Translations under genes and position numbers: made by a program | Notes under the pieces: model-generated | The model's input: only the letters and a program-made list of their open reading frames with translations | The model's database searches: none | What the model was told of the DNA's origin: nothing | Shown here: in pieces, positions 28,525 through 36,749 of the stretch | Position numbering within the stretch: the first letter of the stretch is position 1 | Layout of the letters: every line of letters begins with the position of its first letter | DNA from: a virus | Strand: one strand, 5' to 3' | Length of the DNA stretch: 64,000 bases | IMG/VR virus record: IMGVR_UViG_3300027759_000067 | Location: 25,708-89,707 of that record

Positions 28525-28917
28525 TTAGAAGGGTGCTTCTTCCAATGTTGCATCAACCTTAGGAGCCTTGGCCTTGGCAGCAACTGCACGGGCTTTGATA
28601 GCATCCATTGTAGGAGTGCTCTTGGCCTTAGGAGCTGCTTTGGCCTTAACAGCCTTAACAGCCCGGACAGCAGGAGTACGCTTCTCCAGGCCTTCTTCAA
28701 GAGCGGCGCGGATGTTAGCGTTGCCGTTGTCGAAGTTGATGCTGATCAGGAACTGGATAGCAGCCGCTTTGGTCATTGGCTCTTTGAGCTCGATCAGATC
28801 AATGTCGGAACTTCCGGTCTTGGCCAGAACCTTGACACGCATTTGGTCATTAGCAAAGCGAGCCTTGATAACACCATTACGAGTAGAAACACCTGCAAAT
28901 TTAAAAGTCTTTTCCAT
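28525..28917 (-). CDS. Basic protein with Lys/Ala/Pro-rich (H1-like) tail, possibly DNA-binding
   Basis: Start 28917 after GAGG; AVKAVKAKAAPKAK tail. Confidence 0.65.
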   Translation of the reverse strand: MEKTFKFAGVSTRNGVIKARFANDQMRVKVLAKTGSSDIDLIELKEPMTKAAAIQFLISINFDNGNANIRAALEEGLEKRTPAVRAVKAVKAKAAPKAKSTPTMDAIKARAVAAKAKAPKVDATLEEAPF

Positions 28918-29017
28918 AATATACCTCTTTCTATGTGTGTGTTGTATGGATTGCACTATTGCTTTCCATACGTTAATTATACAACGGTTTGGGTCCGTTG
29001 TCAACCTCTTTTTGGCA

Positions 29018-29200
29018 TTAGGAGTTGAAAGTTTCGTATGGGCTCATCTCCTCTTGTGGGTTTTCTGCCACAAAGTTGCTTTCAATCCAACCATAGACGA
29101 TCTCTATGGGGCACTCCAGTTGAACTGCAATACTGCGGGCACTGAACCCTGCAATGTACATCTGCTCAATATCGTAACTTAGATCTGCCATCTTACTCAT
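29018..29200 (-). CDS. Small HTH-like protein
   Basis: G.SARSIA..L.CP...VY.W. Confidence 0.55.
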   Translation of the reverse strand: MSKMADLSYDIEQMYIAGFSARSIAVQLECPIEIVYGWIESNFVAENPQEEMSPYETFNS

Positions 29201-29405
29201 CGTAGGCCTCCTCGCCCATTTCGGTTACTGTTTCTTCAAACACCCGAACATCAACGATGCGGGCTGTTTGTTCCTCATTGCTAACACCTTCAAACGCCTC
29301 TCGGAAACTTTGGCAATCTGCCAAGAAGTTGAAAACATCCTCTCGGCCCCAAGTGCCCGGCACTTCCAACACCTGTACCAGTTCTGTGCGTACTGTGACT
29401 TTCAT
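29193..29405 (-). CDS. Hypothetical protein
   Basis: Coupled within operon. Confidence 0.6.
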   Translation of the reverse strand: MKVTVRTELVQVLEVPGTWGREDVFNFLADCQSFREAFEGVSNEEQTARIVDVRVFEETVTEMGEEAYDE

Positions 29406-29878
29406 GCTGTTTCCTTTGTTTCAACTAAAGCCAACACCAACAATTCATAAGCAGCATCGTGGCACTTCACATACCAGTTGCCGTCTTTGCGCAGGATGTA
29501 CTCGTATTCCTCATACTGGTGATGAGCCAAGTAGTCCTGAAAGTCAACGAACTGCTCTTTGGTCAAGTCTTCGCCACGGTCACGTGCGTAGAAAGTAGTA
29601 TAGCCTGCTTCTCTAGCCTTGTCAACTTCTTTCTGGATCTTAGCCTTCTTCACAATGTCAGTCTCATTGTAAGCAGGACCAAAGGGATGCTTCTTGCCGA
29701 TGACCTTGCCCAGCGAACTGATGCCGCCCATGTCGATCAAGTCGCGCAGTTTGAACGGATCGCTGTAATGCTCAGCGAGGATCTTGCCGTTGTGCTCCAA
29801 GTAACCGTCCCAGTGGCAGTAGATTTGCTCTACTGTGCCATCTGCAAACTCTAGTGCGATAGTGCTGCGTGTACCCAT
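29402..29878 (-). CDS. Early hypothetical protein (MGTRS...YCHWDGY)
   Basis: Own promoter and RBS; motif recognised as common in phage early regions. Confidence 0.8.
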   Translation of the reverse strand: MGTRSTIALEFADGTVEQIYCHWDGYLEHNGKILAEHYSDPFKLRDLIDMGGISSLGKVIGKKHPFGPAYNETDIVKKAKIQKEVDKAREAGYTTFYARDRGEDLTKEQFVDFQDYLAHHQYEEYEYILRKDGNWYVKCHDAAYELLVLALVETKETA

Positions 29879-29940
29879 TTGCTCTGCTCCTTAGTGTGTA
29901 AGCGTTAATTATAGCACCGAAGTGCTGTCCTGTCAACCAA

Positions 29941-30138
29941 TTAGCGATTGGCAAACTCGCAGTCGGCACCCTCGGGGCCAACCTTCACTTCGTCATAAAA
30001 AACAATCTCATGCCCGAAGTCCTCACCTTCCAACACTGCCATGCGAGCCTTAGCCAGCTCAGCAGTGGGATACACTCCGTAGATGATGCTCTCAGGAGCG
30101 CCACAGTCCTCAGCACGAACAATAAAAATAGAAGTCAT
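29941..30138 (-). CDS. Early hypothetical protein
   Basis: Own promoter. Confidence 0.7.
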   Translation of the reverse strand: MTSIFIVRAEDCGAPESIIYGVYPTAELAKARMAVLEGEDFGHEIVFYDEVKVGPEGADCEFANR

Positions 30139-30200
30139 TTTGTTTCCTTAGTGTGTGTAAGTGTTAATTATAACAAGGTTTTACCACCTTGTCAACCTCT

Positions 30201-30485
30201 TTATGCAACGTCTACCCAAATATTGCGACCGTACGTGTTCTCTACAACAAAGCCCGGGCTGCAAGGGCAAGAGCAACCTGCAAACTGCGACCATTTTACC
30301 TTTGTGTCGGCACTCCAACCCAATTGGCTAAACAACTTGGGCAACACCTCTTTACGGTAGAACGTATGCGGGCGCTGTCGGCGATTCATTATGTTTTCCA
30401 TAACTGTCTCGCCCACTGGGCTAACATATATGCGGGTCTTGCTGTAACGACGCTCTTGCTCACCTACTTGTACTGTGATTTCCAT
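30201..30485 (-). CDS. Early hypothetical protein (WSQ.AGCSCPCSPGF)
   Basis: Own promoter and RBS. Confidence 0.75.
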   Translation of the reverse strand: MEITVQVGEQERRYSKTRIYVSPVGETVMENIMNRRQRPHTFYRKEVLPKLFSQLGWSADTKVKWSQFAGCSCPCSPGFVVENTYGRNIWVDVA

Positions 30486-30546
30486 TTGCTCTGCTCCTTA
30501 GTGTGTAAGCGTTAATTATACAATGGTTTTACCACTTTGTCAACCG

Positions 30547-30762
30547 TTAAGCATAAAAGGTTGTTGTAAATTCACAACGGCTGTAGATCATTTCCCGTAC
30601 TGCGGTGTCGTTGATCTCACCAAATTGATCACTCTTCTGATCGCCGATGAATCGCATAATGCTCATAGTCTGCTTCCAATCAAGCCCTGCAGCCTTGGCC
30701 AGCTCTACAATCTTGTCTGCAACCAAGTTGCCTTGGTCTGTGAACATATCATAATCTTTCAT
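30547..30762 (-). CDS. Early hypothetical protein
   Basis: Start 30762 after GGAG. Confidence 0.65.
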   Translation of the reverse strand: MKDYDMFTDQGNLVADKIVELAKAAGLDWKQTMSIMRFIGDQKSDQFGEINDTAVREMIYSRCEFTTTFYA

Positions 30763-30763
30763 A

Positions 30764-31036
30764 TCACTCTCCAGTGTAAAGTTCGTAGATGACCCGTGCT
30801 GCTCCGGGATCCAACTCATTGAGCTGACGGGCAGCAGTGATCAACTTGCGATGACGGGCTTGCAACTCTGCACCACGCAGTTCGCCATCACAGGTTAGGT
30901 TCTCTGGGCTTAGATCGCAGTCAATGGTCTCTGCGATGCGCTGCCGGTCTGTGGCGTTGTCCAGGCTTAGAGGTGCCTGCTTAAAGATGGCACGCCACCG
31001 GTTCTTCTCGGCAACATAGTTTGTCAATGCGTTCAT
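30764..31036 (-). CDS. Early hypothetical protein (LSPENLTCDGE)
   Basis: Own promoter and RBS. Confidence 0.75.
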   Translation of the reverse strand: MNALTNYVAEKNRWRAIFKQAPLSLDNATDRQRIAETIDCDLSPENLTCDGELRGAELQARHRKLITAARQLNELDPGAARVIYELYTGE

Positions 31037-31093
31037 GATAGCTCCTTAGTGTGTAAGCGTGTATTATAACAGGGAGTTGCCTCCCTGTCAACC

Positions 31094-31378
31094 TCACATT
31101 GAGTGATATCGTTCCATGCTTGGGTCGCATGGGCCACCGCGGTCTTCACGGCGGATCATAACTTCCTTGCCCGTAAGTATGTTCTTTACACCGACCAGCT
31201 GCTGCCCGTTGAACTTCTCTACGATGTTGATGAACTCTTTCTGCTTGCGTTTGGGCAAGAGGCTGAGCATATCTACTGCCAATTGCGTGGCATAGCCTGC
31301 TGCGAATGCAGGTTCGTGATCTGCATAAAGTTGACTCAGTGCGTCATTGAGTGCTACTTGGTTGTCTGTACGAAACAT
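31094..31378 (-). CDS. Early hypothetical protein
   Basis: Own promoter and RBS; C-terminal CDPSMERYHSM. Confidence 0.75.
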   Translation of the reverse strand: MFRTDNQVALNDALSQLYADHEPAFAAGYATQLAVDMLSLLPKRKQKEFINIVEKFNGQQLVGVKNILTGKEVMIRREDRGGPCDPSMERYHSM

Positions 31379-31453
31379 TCTAGCTCCTTAGTGTTTAAGC
31401 AGTAATTATACAACGGTTTTACCAACTTGTCAACCCCTAAATCTGTTGTCTTT

Positions 31454-31684
31454 TTACAACGGAAGTGGTACTCCTAATAACCCTATAGCATATATGGCTA
31501 ATAGTACTGCATTGACAATGACCAAGTTCATCTCCCGTATCCGCATAGCCCAGATCATATACACTAGAGCACCTAGGTTCAATAGCATAATGTTCAAGGG
31601 ATCTATACGCAAACTGGTACATAGGGCACCGGCAATGACCAAAGCCATGCCAGTCCACTTCAATATGTTATTAAGCAAGAGCAT
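31454..31684 (-). CDS. Three-TM membrane protein
   Basis: Hydrophobicity pattern. Confidence 0.65.
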   Translation of the reverse strand: MLLLNNILKWTGMALVIAGALCTSLRIDPLNIMLLNLGALVYMIWAMRIREMNLVIVNAVLLAIYAIGLLGVPLPL

Positions 31685-32042
31685 TCTCCCGATCCACTTG
31701 CTCGCTCAATGCAGCGAACTTCTTGCTTAGTCGATATACTTGAGCCTTGGCTTCTTTCATAGCCTCGTCAATGAAGTCCTCGGCAGTCCCGTCACTAAGG
31801 ACTTCGCGGGCATCTTCGTATAAGCATCCCCCAAGGTAGGCACTGCCCAACTCGAGCCCTTCGACGAGTACACGTACCCGCAACATGAACCATTCGTAGG
31901 TCCCGTTGTCAATCTTACGGAGGATCTCGTCGATGTTGTCGTCTTCGAAATGATCCCTGGGGTTAATATCTTCATAGGTCTTATCCACAATTACGGTAAA
32001 GCCATCACGCTCAAAACGCTCAATTAGATCATAGTGTTGCAT
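31671..32042 (-). CDS. Early hypothetical protein
   Basis: Coupled; AYLGGC motif. Confidence 0.7.
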   Translation of the reverse strand: MQHYDLIERFERDGFTVIVDKTYEDINPRDHFEDDNIDEILRKIDNGTYEWFMLRVRVLVEGLELGSAYLGGCLYEDAREVLSDGTAEDFIDEAMKEAKAQVYRLSKKFAALSEQVDRENALA

Positions 32043-32329
32043 TATGCCAATTCCTTTTCAGTTAATGTAAGCATATTCGCAGGCACCCTCCACAGGCCCA
32101 TGTTAGTCTTAACTGTGACGAACTTGATAGCAATCTTCTCTACAGTGCCCTGCATGACTCGGCCTGTCTTAGAACTAGTGAAACTGACCTCGTCGCCGTA
32201 GCGTAGGCTTCGCTTGTTCTTCTCCATAAGGCGTGCTCGTGCAAACTTGACAGCATCTATGATCGATGTCAATTCATCGTTGGTAAAGCCGCTTTGCAAG
32301 ATTGCGGTGTTGATCTGCGTAATGTTCAT
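32042..32329 (-). CDS. Early hypothetical protein (SH3/KOW-like C-terminus)
   Basis: L.YGDEVSF...G.V.K...K...V....WRVPANML. Confidence 0.7.
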   Translation of the reverse strand: MNITQINTAILQSGFTNDELTSIIDAVKFARARLMEKNKRSLRYGDEVSFTSSKTGRVMQGTVEKIAIKFVTVKTNMGLWRVPANMLTLTEKELA

Positions 32330-32381
32330 CTCATGCTCCTTAGTGTGTAAGTATGTATTATAACGCCGTTAGGCACTCTTG

Positions 32382-32627
32382 TCAACCTAATACCACTACA
32401 CGACGAACGGACTCTAGGTAGTCGCCAGTCTCTTCGTCGTAGCAGTCCTCGTCGTCAACCAGCTTGTCCATGCGGTGGTACTCACTGAACTCTACAACAC
32501 CTTCACTTACCTCGCCTACCTTGGGCGCTACAGTAGTGCGCCAGTGGTCGCCGTAACTGTAGGCAAAGTGTACTTCAGCGTTGGGGTCCAAATACTCTAG
32601 CTGCTCTATTAGTTGAAATACTTGCAT
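32382..32627 (-). CDS. Early hypothetical protein
   Basis: Own promoter; stop TGA lies inside the next TTGACA. Confidence 0.75.
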   Translation of the reverse strand: MQVFQLIEQLEYLDPNAEVHFAYSYGDHWRTTVAPKVGEVSEGVVEFSEYHRMDKLVDDEDCYDEETGDYLESVRRVVVLG

Positions 32628-32693
32628 GACTGCTCCTTAGTGTGTAAGTGCTAATTATAGCGTGGTTTTACCAATGTGTCAACCAAAGACCCT

Positions 32694-32912
32694 TTAGCAG
32701 TCAGGGTCAAAGTCTGCCCACTCTTGCTCTTCATCGGGCTGACCGTCGTAGTCCTCGTCGTCTTCATCAAAACGCTCGCTCAACTCGTTGGCATCTAGCA
32801 GGTCTTCAACTTCGCTTTCGCTCATGAAAGCGATGCACATGTCAACCACTTGCTCGTGAGTGATAACACCCTGATCTAGCAAGTCGTATAGTCTCTCTCT
32901 AGCTTTAGTCAT
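32694..32912 (-). CDS. Very acidic early protein
   Basis: Own promoter; D/E-rich, ends DGQPDEEQEWADFDPDC. Confidence 0.75.
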   Translation of the reverse strand: MTKARERLYDLLDQGVITHEQVVDMCIAFMSESEVEDLLDANELSERFDEDDEDYDGQPDEEQEWADFDPDC

Positions 32913-32950
32913 CTCTGCTCCTTAGTGTATGCGTGTATTATAGCAGTCTT

Positions 32951-33301
32951 TTACTGATTTGTCAAGTCACCGCGAATGTCCGTGTTCAGCATAGGGTTAA
33001 TCAAACGTCGTAGCTCAACTTCCCGCCGGTGAGCAGCAGCCTTACCACGTATGATCTCATGCACACGGATCTCAATCTCCGACTTGTCAGATAACTCACG
33101 CAAAGCCACGCACAATGCCCAGTCCTTGTTCTCAGTCTTAGCACGGTAGAAATGCTTGTTAGCACGTACACGCACGCTCTTGAGTACAGTGCTCTCAGTC
33201 TTGGCAGTGACACCAATGTAGTTCATGCCATTGACTACGAGCTCATAGATGATGTGATTGCGATCTACACGTTTCTTGCGAGTGTTAAGTTCTTTGTTCA
33301 T
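32951..33301 (-). CDS. GIY-YIG-like nuclease, leaderless
   Basis: HIIY...NYIGVT, R...H, RE...P.LN; TATAAT-ACACAC-ATG. Confidence 0.7.
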   Translation of the reverse strand: MNKELNTRKKRVDRNHIIYELVVNGMNYIGVTAKTESTVLKSVRVRANKHFYRAKTENKDWALCVALRELSDKSEIEIRVHEIIRGKAAAHRREVELRRLINPMLNTDIRGDLTNQ

Positions 33302-34042
33302 GTGTGTATTATAGCGTGGTTTTACCATTCTGTCAACCCCATAATGCCTTAAGGGTTATTTGTTGTCTTTTCACCACATTGCCGGCACTCCACGCCAGGT
33401 TAACATAACGCCAAAAGAAAACCTGATACCCTACTCGGATACCAGGTCTCTTAGTCAGCATACTTAGCAAGTCTCTAGCACACTGCCCGTTCAGCTTGTT
33501 CCAGTATACACTTGTTATACGAGCCTTTACCACCGGAAGTCGTGGTCACTGATTCGACTCAAATAGCGTACAATCTATGACTGTACTCAATATAACCATA
33601 TAAACTGCTTGGCTTCCGGTCCGTTGAGTTTATATCTTATATCTATCTCCAAGTCTACGGTTTCGATATACATTAGACATTGTGGAATTCACTGTCTACA
33701 ACAGTTAAGTCTAGTGTATAGTATAACATACTTATAAGGTTTGGACAACACAGTGTAGATCTCGTGTAGTCTATACACAACATTGACAATATATAGTGTA
33801 TAAACTGATGCTAGAATGGAGACCAAACAGGCTCAGAATCGTGGATTTACGGTGGAGAAATGGTCAAAAATCCCAGAAATCCCACCGTTTTGGCTCAATT
33901 TTCACAGTAAATCTACAGTAGATCTATAGTGATTTTAGATTTCTGCATGGTGGGGATGAGAGGCTATCGTACAATACTCCCACCATAGACCAAAGAAAAT
34001 CACAGTATAGATCGTTTATTCTTTGGTCTTCCCAGGCCGTTG

Positions 34043-34196
34043 CAGCGGGGTATTTGTGTAGGTGTATACAGCGGGGTATTAGGATGTATATAGTCTAATG
34101 TTAGTATGTATAGATCATGCTGTCACACGCTGTCACTACTACATTCGGCAAGTGTATACAGCGGGGTATTAGTGTGTAAGTGTATAGTGGGGTATT
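34043..34196 (+). repeat. Four direct repeats of (C/T)AG(C/T)GGGGTATT in a ~1 kb non-coding region
   Basis: Copies at 34043, 34069, 34159, 34185 (26-90-26 spacing). Confidence 0.75.
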
Positions 34197-34406
34197 GATC
34201 ACCAATTCATTTTATCGCATACATAAGCAGTTGCAAGTATAATCAATGGTGCGCCAATAATAGATAGTAGTTCTAACATAGTATATTCTCCTTTTTTGTT
34301 ATATAAGTATTTAATATTGTTATTAAAAAAATATCTGCTGCAGATGCTAGTGCATTATGTCAGGGTATGGTAAATATTGATTATAAACTTATATAGAAGC
34401 AACACA

Positions 34407-35225
34407 ATGGCATTACCATCATTTCCAGGGCCGATAAGCCTAAGTCAACTACAAACTGAGTTTGGAGGTACTAATCCCATAAGACTAGGTGGAGAGTATC
34501 ATGCAGGGCAAGGGTTAGTAGCACCTGGGCTCAGTGGATACCCTATTGTTGATGGTGTTAGTACAAAAACATTAATACCCAGTGGCACCACAAGCAGGAT
34601 CAGTTTAGGTAATTTCTTTGGAGGGGACGTCACAGAGTTTTATTTTGTAGCAGATTATATAATATTAACCTATTATTTTGCCACTGGATTAGATTTAGAC
34701 ACACGTACACGTATGACCAGTCCGTATTCTGCAGGCACATATGTAGGGTGGGGGCAAAGTGGAAGTGGACAAACTCGAGCTGAAGATCTCGCATATCCAG
34801 AATACAGTCAAGATCTACCCAATGGAGCAATAGCCTTACTATGGGCAGGGGATAACACAAATACAGGGTTAGAATCAGTTCAAATCAACGTAGCAAATAT
34901 TCGTTCGTACTATGGTAACACCACCATAAGTCTTGATCTAAGGGCACAATGGTATATGACAGTAGGAACCACGCCGGTAAAAATACAAGCTGACCTGTAC
35001 AAAGGTGGAACCATGGTATATTCCAGTGGGAACTTCACCTGGACCAACCCCACTGCTACCAGCAGTTTATTAGACATTGCTTCGGGAGAAGTTGCTGCCA
35101 GTATCATCAGAGGGCCCACATTTGGTGGCGATCCGGATAATGGGTTCAGTGAGATTGGTACTAGTGTAGCTGTTATGACCTACAACACATTATCCGGAGT
35201 AGGCCGCTTTGACATGACGGGTTAA
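34407..35225 (+). CDS. Tail-associated protein
   Basis: MALP..GPISLSQLQTEFGG N-terminus typical of tail adhesins; upstream TAAATA. Confidence 0.6.
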   Translation: MALPSFPGPISLSQLQTEFGGTNPIRLGGEYHAGQGLVAPGLSGYPIVDGVSTKTLIPSGTTSRISLGNFFGGDVTEFYFVADYIILTYYFATGLDLDTRTRMTSPYSAGTYVGWGQSGSGQTRAEDLAYPEYSQDLPNGAIALLWAGDNTNTGLESVQINVANIRSYYGNTTISLDLRAQWYMTVGTTPVKIQADLYKGGTMVYSSGNFTWTNPTATSSLLDIASGEVAASIIRGPTFGGDPDNGFSEIGTSVAVMTYNTLSGVGRFDMTG

Positions 35226-35881
35226 GTAATCAACCAGTGATTAATACTAGGTTTAATTTTAGGTCTACGACTGGACATTATAGCTTCTCTAGTCCACAGA
35301 TACATATAGCGTTCAGCGTGTCCGGGAATCCAATCACTGATGTTATATAAGTAGTTCTGTTCAAGATTAACAGGGTTATTAAACAAGTTCAGTTGTCTAT
35401 AGTCGCCGGAAGTAATAATGTTATTATCAGCGTAGGTATGTGAAGTAAGCAAGAGATATTTTATATTACTTTTAAGGAAGTTATCAAAGAAGTGATTGAT
35501 ATCCTCAAAGCTAAGATGCATCAAGCAATCTCTACATATCATAAGATCAGCAATGGGTAGTGGATCTTTAGTTATATCCAGTTGACTCCAGGTATGTTCT
35601 GGGAATTTAGTTTTTAGGTCATTGATCAGAGGTTCGACTATGTCAGCGCCGTGATATTTGTAGTTGTTCAGTTGTGCCAATACTAATGGCATCCAATTAA
35701 AGTCTCCGCAGGCAGCGTCCAAGATAGTGTATATATTCAGTTCTTTGATGATATTAGGTAGTTCTTTAACTAGATTTTCTGTATAGAGTAGGCTACTGCC
35801 CGGACCGCTGTAGGTATTTGGATCTGAGTCTTTATTAGTCCAGAACTGTGTTTGATATATGTTGGTAAAGTGTTCTTGCAT
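35222..35881 (-). CDS. Class I SAM-dependent methyltransferase
   Basis: SGPGS, ILDAACGDFNW, GADIV, DLMICRDCLMHL. Confidence 0.85.
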   Translation of the reverse strand: MQEHFTNIYQTQFWTNKDSDPNTYSGPGSSLLYTENLVKELPNIIKELNIYTILDAACGDFNWMPLVLAQLNNYKYHGADIVEPLINDLKTKFPEHTWSQLDITKDPLPIADLMICRDCLMHLSFEDINHFFDNFLKSNIKYLLLTSHTYADNNIITSGDYRQLNLFNNPVNLEQNYLYNISDWIPGHAERYMYLWTREAIMSSRRPKIKPSINHWLIT

Positions 35882-35969
35882 ACTGATATTTATTATACTA
35901 GTATATAACGGACATCAAATATTAATCAGTGTAGTGTGGTAAATACTGTTTAATCAGCAGAAATAAAGC

Positions 35970-36353
35970 ATGGCAACACTAACAGCAGCATTAACGGGAC
36001 TCACATATTCCAATAGTGGTTATACACAAACCACAACAGCTTGGATATACAGGAATCAGACCTGGACCAATGTCACGGCTAGTAGGGCGTTCGCCACACA
36101 ATACACCAATAGTTTAACCTACCCTATAGAAGTAAGGGTTAGTGTTTATCAAGGGGCAGTAGCATCGTCGGCCAATCTAGTACAGTGTATTATTAATAAC
36201 ACCCAGTACGTGGTGCAGTCGCAATTTTTTGGATTATCGTCATTGGCCTATGAAAGTCTAACGTTTCATGTACCGCCCAGTTCCATATATCAAGTAAATG
36301 TATTTGGTACACAGGGTAATCCCACATTAACCTCTTGGTGGGAGTTAAGATAG
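35970..36353 (+). CDS. Tail-fibre tip-like protein 1
   Basis: QTWTNVTASRA..TQYTN...PI.V.V...VPPSS.Y...W.ELR. Confidence 0.65.
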   Translation: MATLTAALTGLTYSNSGYTQTTTAWIYRNQTWTNVTASRAFATQYTNSLTYPIEVRVSVYQGAVASSANLVQCIINNTQYVVQSQFFGLSSLAYESLTFHVPPSSIYQVNVFGTQGNPTLTSWWELR

Positions 36354-36354
36354 T

Positions 36355-36747
36355 ATGGCAGCAACCACATTCGGCAATGGTATAGTAACTTTTCCAGATG
36401 CCACAGTTCAAAGCACAGCAGGGGTTGAGTTTGGCAATTTTCTTCAATGCATACCCGAAGTTACCAATACAGCCATCAACACCACATATACCAATAGTAC
36501 AGGAAAATCGCAGTATTGGTTTGTCCGTGTTACCAATTCTTATAGTGGACTTGGAGCATTGACCGCTAATTTCATAGTAAATGGTAATACCATATCCAGT
36601 AACACCATTATCTACAATGTCAGTGGGTTTTTCACTTGGGTAGGGGGATTGGTCAAGAATGGGGAAACATATCAAGTTCAGGCCAGTGAATATCTTGCTC
36701 GTGGCACACCCACTGCCACGTGGTTGAAATATGTTTCGGAAAATTAA
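36355..36747 (+). CDS. Tail-fibre tip-like protein 2
   Basis: FPDATVQSTA, NTTYTNSTGK. Confidence 0.6.
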   Translation: MAATTFGNGIVTFPDATVQSTAGVEFGNFLQCIPEVTNTAINTTYTNSTGKSQYWFVRVTNSYSGLGALTANFIVNGNTISSNTIIYNVSGFFTWVGGLVKNGETYQVQASEYLARGTPTATWLKYVSEN

Positions 36748-36749
36748 CT

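Larger units (their letters stand above)
23065..33336 (-). repeat. Array of 22 sigma70 early-promoter(+RBS) cassettes: TTGACN-N17-TATAAT, often followed by ACAYACTTACACACTAAGGAGC
   Basis: -10 hexamers (ATTATA on + strand) start at 23065, 23451, 23776, 24144, 24658, 25240, 25563, 26139, 26419, 26827, 27330, 27627, 28976, 29908, 30167, 30515, 31063, 31405, 32357, 32654, 32937, 33308; 19 TTGACA, 2 TTGACC, 1 TTGACG; all with 17-bp spacers. Confidence 0.95.

Noticed and set aside
28568-29182. 204-aa plus-strand ORF and other antisense ORFs in the track
   Set aside because: Shadow frames of well-supported opposite-strand genes, lacking RBS or recognisable motifs.
23065-33336. CRISPR array or integron interpretation of the repeats
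   Set aside because: The repeats are sigma70 promoters plus RBS separated by whole genes of variable length; no cas or integrase gene is present in the window.
33333-33533. 66-aa minus-strand ORF in the non-coding region
   Set aside because: GTG start with no convincing RBS, and it runs into promoter/operator DNA.
21513-34041. 11-bp direct repeat CCCAGGCCGTT at 21513 and 34031 as att sites
   Set aside because: Many 11-mer pairs are expected by chance in 64 kb, and no recombinase is present.
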